From Escherichia coli (GTDB lineage: Bacteria; Pseudomonadota; Gammaproteobacteria; Enterobacterales; Enterobacteriaceae), in NCBI RefSeq assembly GCF_048403405.1, contig NZ_CP183129.1: DNA of 64,000 nucleotides; one strand, written 5' to 3'. A program made the position numbers and the translations under genes. Below the pieces are notes generated by a model. The model worked only from the letters and a program-made list of their open reading frames with translations, searched no databases and was not told the origin of the DNA. Positions 56,646 through 63,418 of this stretch are shown piece after piece; position 1 is the first letter of the stretch, and each line of letters begins with the position of its first letter.

Positions 56646-57221
56646 TTAAGGATTCATTAAGCAATGTCGCAACCACCAATAAATCCGCTTAAGAACATGA
56701 AAATTGATTACTGGTATAAAGCGCTTACAGTTGTTGGCGCTGCGTTGTTTGTCTTTAATGGAACGTCTTTTTTTGACAGATATCCCGTTGTTCCATTGGG
56801 TTTTTTGTCCTCCGGCATCTTTTTTATTGGTTTGGGGGAGTGGATTAATCACCCTCTCAAAGTGAGATTTATTGGTCCTGGAGTTTGGACTCGTGGATAT
56901 AATCGTTCTTCGTGCGCACTCGGTATCATCTTCGACATACTTGGTTGTTTCCTGATTGTTACAGGAGTCGTCAAGTTCTTCTGATGTAAAACCGCAAATG
57001 GGGCACGTAACGGGAATTTTGAAAAGCGTTTCTCCGGGTTCCAGAACAAAATTTTCTGCGGTCTGATTTTGCTTCTCATATTTGTGCTCCGCGTCATTGT
57101 GAGAGCACATTCTTATTCTGAGTGCCTGTTTAAACTCACTGAAGCTGAGAGCTTCTTCGCCTTCGGCAAGGCCTTCGAAGTATTCTTCGTAAGCCTTTTC
57201 CATGATTGTGTCGAAATCCAT
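56646..57221 (-). CDS. hypothetical early-left protein (ydfB/ydfC region)
   Basis: Start MDFDTIMEKAYEEYFEGL at 57221 with AGGTGAG RBS, 1 nt after the ydfA stop; contains a CPxC knuckle (PVTCPICGF). The C-terminal two-thirds is low-complexity N/K/R-rich and overlaps the plus-strand ORF, so the true 3' end is uncertain. Confidence 0.45.
   Translation of the reverse strand: MDFDTIMEKAYEEYFEGLAEGEEALSFSEFKQALRIRMCSHNDAEHKYEKQNQTAENFVLEPGETLFKIPVTCPICGFTSEELDDSCNNQETTKYVEDDTECARRTIISTSPNSRTNKSHFERVINPLPQTNKKDAGGQKTQWNNGISVKKRRSIKDKQRSANNCKRFIPVINFHVLKRIYWWLRHCLMNP
56664..56984 (+). CDS. candidate 106-aa three-helix membrane protein, antisense to the early-left operon
   Basis: ORF with three hydrophobic segments and basic residues in the loops, AAGGA about 11 nt upstream of the ATG, G-rich first codon positions. 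It is exactly codon-antisense to the 3' part of the minus-strand ORF 56646..57221, so only one of the two is likely to be real. Confidence 0.4.
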   Translation: MSQPPINPLKNMKIDYWYKALTVVGAALFVFNGTSFFDRYPVVPLGFLSSGIFFIGLGEWINHPLKVRFIGPGVWTRGYNRSSCALGIIFDILGCFLIVTGVVKFF

Positions 57222-57222
57222 A

Positions 57223-57378
57223 TCACTCACCTGAGTTTCTTTCCAGCCAGCGACGGGCACCATTTTCGGTTTTAAACGTTTTGCTTTTGGTATACGTCAT
57301 CGCGGTGAACGTGCCGTCCTGGTTGGGGAACACGCCACATACCAGAGATTCGCTGTTGCCAAGATCGATAGTATCCAT
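57223..57378 (-). CDS. ydfA: small prophage protein YdfA
   Basis: 51-aa protein MDTIDLGNSESLVCGVFPNQDGTFTAMTYTKSKTFKTENGARRWLERNSGE, matching my memory of K-12 YdfA; first gene after the left operator. Confidence 0.8.
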   Translation of the reverse strand: MDTIDLGNSESLVCGVFPNQDGTFTAMTYTKSKTFKTENGARRWLERNSGE

Positions 57379-57491
57379 GCTGACCTCATTTCCCCTTAAC
57401 GCCGGGGTCGCGGAACTGTTTGCTGAGAACACCGTGCGGTGTCTTGATGGAAAGTAATTTAGAATAACCTAACATGAGAGGCAAGTGTTTT

Positions 57492-57511
57492 TTGTTAGAT
57501 TGATCTAACAA
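57492..57511. promoter_or_regulatory. palindromic operator (GTTAGA-N4-TCTAAC) between dicA and ydfA (early-left promoter region)
   Basis: Seen in sequence: TTGTTAGAT-TG-ATCTAACAA, perfect 9-bp half-sites; same half-site as the operator in the dicA-dicC intergenic region. Confidence 0.65.
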
Positions 57512-57546
57512 AAAGAGTGGGCGCAACTAATCACTTGAAAAGAATG

Positions 57547-57954
57547 TTATTTTATTGATTTATTTTTACGCGCTTTAAGCATTTCTTCGAAGAGTTTGTT
57601 GAAGTTTTCTACTCTTGCGCGCATTTCAGACAGCAAGGCTTCCTGCTCGGAAGATGGAAGAGCATCGAATAATTCGATCAATTCTTTGTGGTTGGGAGTT
57701 AGCTCTGTTTCCACATGAAGTTCTTGTGCAGGCACTGGTGCCTTGTCTTCGTCACCAAACATTAGCCATGTAGGTGAGCACTTCAGAGCATCCGCTAAAG
57801 CAAACAATCGTTTTCCGACTGGCTGGGTTTCGTCTCTTTCCCATTGTGAAATTGTGACGTGAGCAACTCCAGCGAGGCGCGCAGCTTCTCGTTGTGTTAA
57901 GCGTAATTCTTTTCGTCGCGCCAGAACTCGCTGGCCTAGGGTTCTTGTATCCAT
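57547..57954 (-). CDS. dicA: DicA-like HTH_XRE immunity repressor (cI functional analogue)
   Basis: 135-aa protein with XRE-type HTH (LRLTQREAARLAGVAHVTISQWERDE); similar to, but clearly diverged from, my remembered K-12 DicA; divergent from the Cro-like gene. Confidence 0.85.
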   Translation of the reverse strand: MDTRTLGQRVLARRKELRLTQREAARLAGVAHVTISQWERDETQPVGKRLFALADALKCSPTWLMFGDEDKAPVPAQELHVETELTPNHKELIELFDALPSSEQEALLSEMRARVENFNKLFEEMLKARKNKSIK

Positions 57955-57976
57955 AGTTAGGTAATTCTAATTTTTC

Positions 57977-58020
57977 TTGACTTAGGTATCCCGCGCACAA
58001 TAATGTTAGAAAAGTCTAAC
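57977..58020 (+). promoter_or_regulatory. dicC-type promoter with overlapping palindromic operator
   Basis: TTGACT (57977..57982), about 18-bp spacer, TAATGT (58001..58006), overlapped by the palindrome GTTAGA-AAAG-TCTAAC (58005..58020); GGGGG RBS before the dicC-like start. Confidence 0.6.
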
Positions 58021-58031
58021 AAGAGGGGGCT

Positions 58032-58262
58032 TTGATGCTTAAAGTTGACGCAATTACTTTTTTTGGCAGCAAAACAAAGCTTGCCAATGCCGCAGGAGTG
58101 AGACTGGCAAGTGTTGCTGCTTGGGGGATACTGGTTCCTGAAGGTCGCGCGATGCGTCTACAGGAGGCATCTGGCGGGGAGCTTCAGTATGATCCCAAAG
58201 TTTATGACGAATATCGTAAGACGAAGCGGGCGGGGCGGTTGAACAATGAAAATCACTCCTGA
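58032..58262 (+). CDS. dicC: DicC-like Cro-type repressor
   Basis: 76-aa protein; its C-terminal half (EGRAMRLQEASGGELQYDPKVYDEYRKTKRAGRLNNENHS) matches my memory of DicC. Confidence 0.85.
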   Translation: MMLKVDAITFFGSKTKLANAAGVRLASVAAWGILVPEGRAMRLQEASGGELQYDPKVYDEYRKTKRAGRLNNENHS

Positions 58263-58767
58263 ACAGGCTCGTGAGGCTCTGGATGCCTGGATATGTCGAC
58301 CAGGAATGACACAGGAGCAGGCGACGATATTAATCACTGAAGCATTCTGGGCTTTGAAAGAGCGCCCGAACATCGATGTTCAGCGTGTCACATATGAAGG
58401 TGGCGCGGTTGATCAGCGAGCGCTTAGCGTTAATCGAGTGAAGATATTCGAACGCTGGAAGGCTATCGACACCAGGGATAAGCGTGAAAAGTTCACAGCG
58501 CTAGTGCCTGCAATTATGGAGGCTATCCGGATTAGTGATTTCAGGTTGTATCGTGAGATCAGTGATGGAAAAAGTATTACGTACATGATCGCCGGGTTAA
58601 ATAAAGAATATGGCGATGTGGTGGAATCCGGACTGCTTTTTGCAGATCCTGCCGTTGTAGATCGTGAAACTGACGAACTTATAGAAAAAGCAATTGCTTT
58701 CAAGCTTGCGTATCGACAGCAATACCAACAAAAAGCTGGATGGAATTATGAGTCTTCTTTTTGCTGA
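58246..58767 (+). CDS. hypothetical protein in the cII-equivalent position (possibly YdaT-like)
   Basis: 173-aa ORF overlapping the dicC-like 3' end by 17 nt; the YdaT/cII-analogue assignment is by position only. Confidence 0.4.
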   Translation: MKITPEQAREALDAWICRPGMTQEQATILITEAFWALKERPNIDVQRVTYEGGAVDQRALSVNRVKIFERWKAIDTRDKREKFTALVPAIMEAIRISDFRLYREISDGKSITYMIAGLNKEYGDVVESGLLFADPAVVDRETDELIEKAIAFKLAYRQQYQQKAGWNYESSFC

Positions 58768-59713
58768 ACGCCCACTGGTTATAAACACGCAGCTGGCAAT
58801 GAAAATCGGCTTAAACGAAGCCATTGTTTTGCAACAACTGCACTACTGGTTGAGAGATACCAACTCCGGTATGGAATGTGATGGTGTTCGCTGGATTTAT
58901 AACACAACGGAACAATGGCTGGAACAGTTCCCATTCTGGTCAGAGTCAACGTTAAAGCGCGCGTTTGCAAGTCTGAAAACGCTGGGGCTTTTGCGTTGTG
59001 AAAAGCTCAATAAATCAAAGCGCGATATGACCAATTTCTACACGATCAACTATGGGAGCGAGCTTTTAGATGGTGGCAAATTGAACGAATCCATCGGTTC
59101 AAAATGCGCCGCTCCATCAGGTCAAAATGACACGATGGAAGAGGTCAAAATGAAACGCTCCATTGGTTCAAAACGACCCAATGTCATCGGGTCAAAATGG
59201 CCTGATGATCTTACAGAGAATACAACAGAGATTACTACAGAGAATAAAAACACTTTTCGTCCGGAAGCTTCGCAACCGGACCCGCAGACGACTGAACAGG
59301 ATTTTTTAACCCGGAACCCCGACGCGGTTGTGTTTAGTGTGAAAAAACGCCAGTGGGGTAGCAGGGAGGATTTGGCGTGTGCGCAGTGGATTTGGGGGCG
59401 GATCGTGAACCTTTACGAACAGGCTGCCAGCGACGATGGAGAGATCATGCGACCAAAAGAGCCTAACTGGACAGCCTGGGCCAATGACGTGCGCACAATG
59501 CGGATGCTGGATGGCAGAAGCCACAGACAAATTTGCGAAATGTTTGGTCGGGTACAGCGGGATCCATTCTGGGTAAAAAACATCATGAGCCCGTCAAAAC
59601 TCCGCGAAAAATGGGACGAACTGGTCATCCGCCTGGGACGTTCACCTGTACAGCGTTGTGTTAATCATATTTCTGAACCGGATACAGAAATTCCGCCTGG
59701 TTTCAGGGGATAA
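58748..59713 (+). CDS. phage replication initiator / replisome organiser (lambda O-like)
   Basis: N-terminal wHTH-like segment (LAMKIGLNEAIVLQQLHYWL) typical of phage replisome-organiser N-domains; the gene contains an iteron array followed by an AT-rich tract; the protein has the corresponding IGSK peptide repeats. Start codon uncertain (58694 or 58748). Confidence 0.7.
   Translation: MSLLFAERPLVINTQLAMKIGLNEAIVLQQLHYWLRDTNSGMECDGVRWIYNTTEQWLEQFPFWSESTLKRAFASLKTLGLLRCEKLNKSKRDMTNFYTINYGSELLDGGKLNESIGSKCAAPSGQNDTMEEVKMKRSIGSKRPNVIGSKWPDDLTENTTEITTENKNTFRPEASQPDPQTTEQDFLTRNPDAVVFSVKKRQWGSREDLACAQWIWGRIVNLYEQAASDDGEIMRPKEPNWTAWANDVRTMRMLDGRSHRQICEMFGRVQRDPFWVKNIMSPSKLREKWDELVIRLGRSPVQRCVNHISEPDTEIPPGFRG
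59093..59200. repeat. origin-like iteron array inside the O-like gene
   Basis: Five direct repeats of (A/T)TCNGGT(T)CAAAA(T/C)G spaced 21-25 bp apart (about 59096, 59120, 59144, 59165, 59190), followed by an AT-rich stretch (about 59200..59260). Confidence 0.65.
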
Positions 59714-59753
59714 GTGTTGATTTCAGGTCATGAGATAATTTTAAGGGGGACTT

Positions 59754-60155
59754 GTGGCAAAAGTTTTTACACAAGAAGAGCGGGAAAAAATTAAAGGGCA
59801 GGTTGTTGAACTCGTACGCCGGAGTGGGCGTGAGACGTTACGGCAACTGGAAGTCAAGACAGGTGCGACAAGATATCTGATGAGCGTTCTCGCAAGAGAG
59901 CTGGTTGCCAGCGGCGATGTATACAACTCTGGTTACGGGTTATTCCCGTCTGAACAGGCGCGTAAGGACTGGCAAAATGCCCGTAAAAAGCTCTCAAGGG
60001 CAAAGCTGAAGAAACCATCTGCGGTTGATCCGGACCTTATCTGGTCATTACCTGACGGAGAAATACGTCGCTACGACAGGCGTCAGAACATAATCTGCCG
60101 CGAGTGCCGGAAGAGTGAAGTTATGCAGCGCATACTGGCATTTTATCAGGGATAA
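59754..60155 (+). CDS. hypothetical prophage protein
   Basis: 133-aa ORF with GTG start and strong AAGGGGGA RBS; basic, contains a CxxC pair (CRECRK); function unknown. Confidence 0.55.
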   Translation: MAKVFTQEEREKIKGQVVELVRRSGRETLRQLEVKTGATRYLMSVLARELVASGDVYNSGYGLFPSEQARKDWQNARKKLSRAKLKKPSAVDPDLIWSLPDGEIRRYDRRQNIICRECRKSEVMQRILAFYQG

Positions 60156-60688
60156 TGTTAGGTATTTTAGACGTTACTAGATTAAAAAGCATTAGTTCAG
60201 GAGTGAATTGACATTCTCATTTTTCATGGCACAGGGTAGATCTGGCGTGGTTGTCCGCTTTGTGCCAACAGCGGACGTTACTAACGAAACTGTGAGTTAA
60301 AAACGGGAGCTGGTCACCTCCATCCCGCGAAATGGAATTCAAAAATGCCCTCATGTACGGTACTTCTAGTCTGATGTGAGCATTTTCGTGGATTTTTTCG
60401 AGCCACTCCAACGAATGATTACATTCAGTTTCGGGCACTAAAACGTCATAAATCCGCAAGTTGAGGAGTAGCGATCAGCCAATTGGTTAAAAAACAGCTT
60501 TAATTCCCTTTTTCAAGCAGGCTCCTTGTCGCACGTCTGGTGCATCCAATTCATTTCAGTTACCCTGATGCCATACTGGCACGGACTAGCTCTCTTAATT
60601 GGCGCTGGTTTGTTAACCTTGTCCGCTGTCGGGTCTTTGTAAGTTGTAATTCCTAAACTAGCATAATTTTATTATAAGGCCTCTTACT

Positions 60689-61714
60689 ATGCACATTTTA
60701 TCTGTTTCAAAAAAGGAAGTTGGAAGAGCTGGGGATAGATTAGTTTCTCAGTTTGGTACAGGTGAAAAATATAAAGAGGAAGATGTACAAATTCTTCATG
60801 AGTGGAGGATGTTGCATTTATATCCTTTAAGTAAAATACAATTTTATATGGAAAGAGAGGCTATTTCCTTAAACAAAAATGCGTTACTATCCTCTAGAAT
60901 TAAGAGGATGCCTTCCATTGTTACTAAGCTTTCTAGATTTCCTGATATGAAGTTAAATAAGATGCAGGATCTTGGTGGGTGCCGGGCTATTTTAAATAAT
61001 CTGGATCAAGTGTATGATTTAGTTAATAAAATAAAATCATCTAAATTCTCACATGAACTAGTTAGAATGGATGATTACATGATAGACGTGAAAGATTCTG
61101 GTTATAGAAGCTTTCATATGGTCTATTCATTCCAAAATAAAAAATTTCCATCTTTAAATGGGTTGCGCATTGAAATGCAAATAAGAACAGCTATTCAACA
61201 TAGCTGGGCTACAGCAGTTGAAATGGTTGGTTTGTTTCGAAAGGAATCATTGAAATCTGGTTTTGGTGATGCAAGATGGCTTAGGTTTTTTGAATTGGTA
61301 TCAGAGCTTTTTTATAAACTTGAGTATGAAAAAGAACCATCTGGGAGTTATATAAAAATATCAGAAGAATTAAGTTATTTATCCGTCGAGTTGAATGTTT
61401 TCGATATATTAGCTGCTTACAATGCCGTAGTTAGCCATATTGAGGGTAGCAAAAAATATGATAAAGGACTTTGCATAATTGTTGTTGATACCATAAAGCG
61501 GAATATAAATATAAAGAGCTTCGAAAATCACAATCATGCGAAGGCGGCAGAAGCTTATGTCGAGTCTGAAAAATACTGCGCGGAAAATAAAGGCTGTGAA
61601 GTGGCTATGGTTTCTGTTAGTTCAATTAGTGAATTAAAAAATGCATATCCTGCTTACTTTTTAGATACGAAAACTTTTTTAAATTATCTCAGTAGGTATG
61701 TTTTTATAAAATAA
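60689..61714 (+). CDS. RelA/SpoT-domain nucleotide pyrophosphokinase (toxSAS-like; candidate fused CapRel-type toxin-antitoxin defence protein)
   Basis: 341-aa protein with the four synthetase motifs in order: RIKRMPSIVTK, DLGGCRAIL, YRSFHMVY, EMQIRTAIQHSWATAVE. No HD hydrolase, TGS or ACT domains; about 130 C-terminal residues unassigned. The gene is markedly AT-rich compared with its flanks. Confidence 0.8.
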   Translation: MHILSVSKKEVGRAGDRLVSQFGTGEKYKEEDVQILHEWRMLHLYPLSKIQFYMEREAISLNKNALLSSRIKRMPSIVTKLSRFPDMKLNKMQDLGGCRAILNNLDQVYDLVNKIKSSKFSHELVRMDDYMIDVKDSGYRSFHMVYSFQNKKFPSLNGLRIEMQIRTAIQHSWATAVEMVGLFRKESLKSGFGDARWLRFFELVSELFYKLEYEKEPSGSYIKISEELSYLSVELNVFDILAAYNAVVSHIEGSKKYDKGLCIIVVDTIKRNINIKSFENHNHAKAAEAYVESEKYCAENKGCEVAMVSVSSISELKNAYPAYFLDTKTFLNYLSRYVFIK

Positions 61715-62448
61715 AAAATGTTATCTGGAGTGGTCTGAATTCTACTAACTTAGTTTTTTCAGACCGCTTCTGACCACAATGGCCTGTGAGGTTCTGCTGC
61801 TAGTCAACATAAAATAACAAAGCCGGCAGGTGGTGGTTGTTGTAAAGTTATTCAATGACATTCATGGAGGCTTAAGCGAATTATTTGTCCCTGGTCGGTA
61901 TGGTGGCAACAGCTTGTTGCGAGAATTTGGCTAATTTGGACTGACTTCCGCTCCTTGCTCAAAGCGGACTAGAAGGTTAGCTTGTGTCGGACTTTGCGTA
62001 TTAAAAGAAGTGCTGGTGGTGACTAGTGGTTGAGCCCCATTTCCACAGAAAAAATCAGAGAAACTATACCCAATAGTTGTATTGAATCACTGACGAGACA
62101 GCCTCATATTCATCAGGACTGGTGTACGTCCAATACAGGAGGTTGTGGTGCTGGTTCTCAAATGTGCGCTGGCTATTACGGCTGTAATGGCGATTTATTG
62201 TCTTGCTATTGTTCTTATGGATCGCCTTTCTGACTGATTTCATATTGGCGAGGTAAAGGTAGTTAAGTAGAATGGCTGCGGGTGCTTGAGGCTATCTGCC
62301 TCGGGCATGAACACCAAAGGCAGATAGAGAAAAGCCCCAGTTAACATTACGCGTCCTGCAAGACGCTTAACATTAATCTGAGGCCAATTTCATGCTAGAC
62401 ACATGTAGGTTAGCCTCTTACGTGCCGGAAGGCAAGGAGAAGCAGGCT

Positions 62449-62604
62449 ATGAAGCAGCAAAAGGCGATGTTAATCGCCCTGATCGTCATCTGTTTAACCG
62501 TCATAGTGACGGCACTGGTAACGAGGAAAGACCTCTGCGAGGTACGAATCCGAACCGGCCAGACGGAGGTCGCTGTCTTCACAGCTTACGAACCTGAGGA
62601 GTAA
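62449..62604 (+). CDS. hokD: Hok/Gef-family membrane toxin
   Basis: 51-aa protein MKQQKAMLIALIVICLTVIVTALVTRKDLCEVRIRTGQTEVAVFTAYEPEE, matching my memory of HokD; AAGGAGA RBS; upstream fold-back elements typical of hok mRNAs. No relB/relE ORFs are present upstream. Confidence 0.9.
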   Translation: MKQQKAMLIALIVICLTVIVTALVTRKDLCEVRIRTGQTEVAVFTAYEPEE

Positions 62605-62820
62605 GAGACCCGGCGAGGGAGAAATCCCTCGCCACCTCTGATGTGGCAGGCATCCTCAACGCACCCGCACTTAACCCGCTTCGGCGGGTTTTTGTTTTTA
62701 TTTTCAACGCGTTTGAAGTTCTGGACGGTGCCGGAATAGAATCAAAAATACTTAAGTAGCGCGCAGGGATAAGAGGGATGGTCCCTTAAAGGGGAGAGCT
62801 AATTATCCGGAAGAATTCTG

Positions 62821-63072
62821 ATGATGAACATCGAAGAACTGCGTAAAATTTTTTGTGAAGATGGCCTCTATGCTGTGTGCGTTGAAAATGGAAATCTTGT
62901 TAGTCATTACCGCATTATGTGTTTGCGAAAGAATGGGGCTGCGTTAATTAATTTTGTGGATGGTCGAGTGACAGACGGATTTATCTTGCGCGAAGGTGAG
63001 TTTGTCACTTCATTACAGGCACTGAAAGAGATCGGAATAAAAGCAGGCTTTTCAGCTTTTGCAGAAGAATAA
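62821..63072 (+). CDS. rem: Qin prophage protein Rem
   Basis: 83-aa protein MMNIEELRKIFCEDGLYAVCVENG..., matching my memory of K-12 Rem; downstream of hokD as in K-12. Confidence 0.8.
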   Translation: MMNIEELRKIFCEDGLYAVCVENGNLVSHYRIMCLRKNGAALINFVDGRVTDGFILREGEFVTSLQALKEIGIKAGFSAFAEE

Positions 63073-63138
63073 ACTCATCTACAATCTTGCGCGGGGCTGA
63101 ACTCCCGCTGAGTAACACCGTGCCACCGGAGAAAACCG

Positions 63139-63417
63139 ATGGCACGCAACGTAAAATATTACAATTCTGATAATTCGCCCGTTCTTGCCTGCACGCACGG
63201 GCGGTATTCTCACGCATTCAAGTCTGAATGGTTCCAGCACCCTCCATGCACTGCAGAACAGGCCGAATGGCTGATTCATTCTTACCGCAGGCGCGGGTTC
63301 GAGGTTAAGAAAGCTCTCAGTCTCGACTATCGGCACTGGATAATCTCTGTCAGGCTGCCTTATTCCGAACGCCCACCACGTGCGTCCCGCACTTTCCAGC
63401 AACGGATCTGGAGGTAA
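63139..63417 (+). CDS. hypothetical prophage protein
   Basis: 92-aa ORF whose stop immediately precedes, with a GGAGG RBS embedded for, the following gene. Confidence 0.5.
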   Translation: MARNVKYYNSDNSPVLACTHGRYSHAFKSEWFQHPPCTAEQAEWLIHSYRRRGFEVKKALSLDYRHWIISVRLPYSERPPRASRTFQQRIWR

Positions 63418-63418
63418 C

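Noticed and set aside
60217-60459. 80-aa minus-strand ORF upstream of the RelA/SpoT gene as a possible antitoxin or partner gene.
   Set aside because: It initiates with TTG, has no RBS, and points away from the toxin gene; treated as non-coding leader.
61715-62030. Possible tRNA, retron ncRNA or tandem-repeat antitoxin RNA in the non-coding gap after the RelA/SpoT gene.
   Set aside because: No tRNA-like T-arm or acceptor-stem pattern, no tandem repeats and no reverse transcriptase gene nearby; only a single stem-loop, reported separately.
62392-62448. In-frame 19-codon extension of hokD (MLDTCRLASYVPEGKEKQA) as a longer Hok or a mok-like product.
   Set aside because: The AAGGAGA RBS sits just before the internal ATG that yields the canonical 51-aa Hok; the extension is read-through of the leader.
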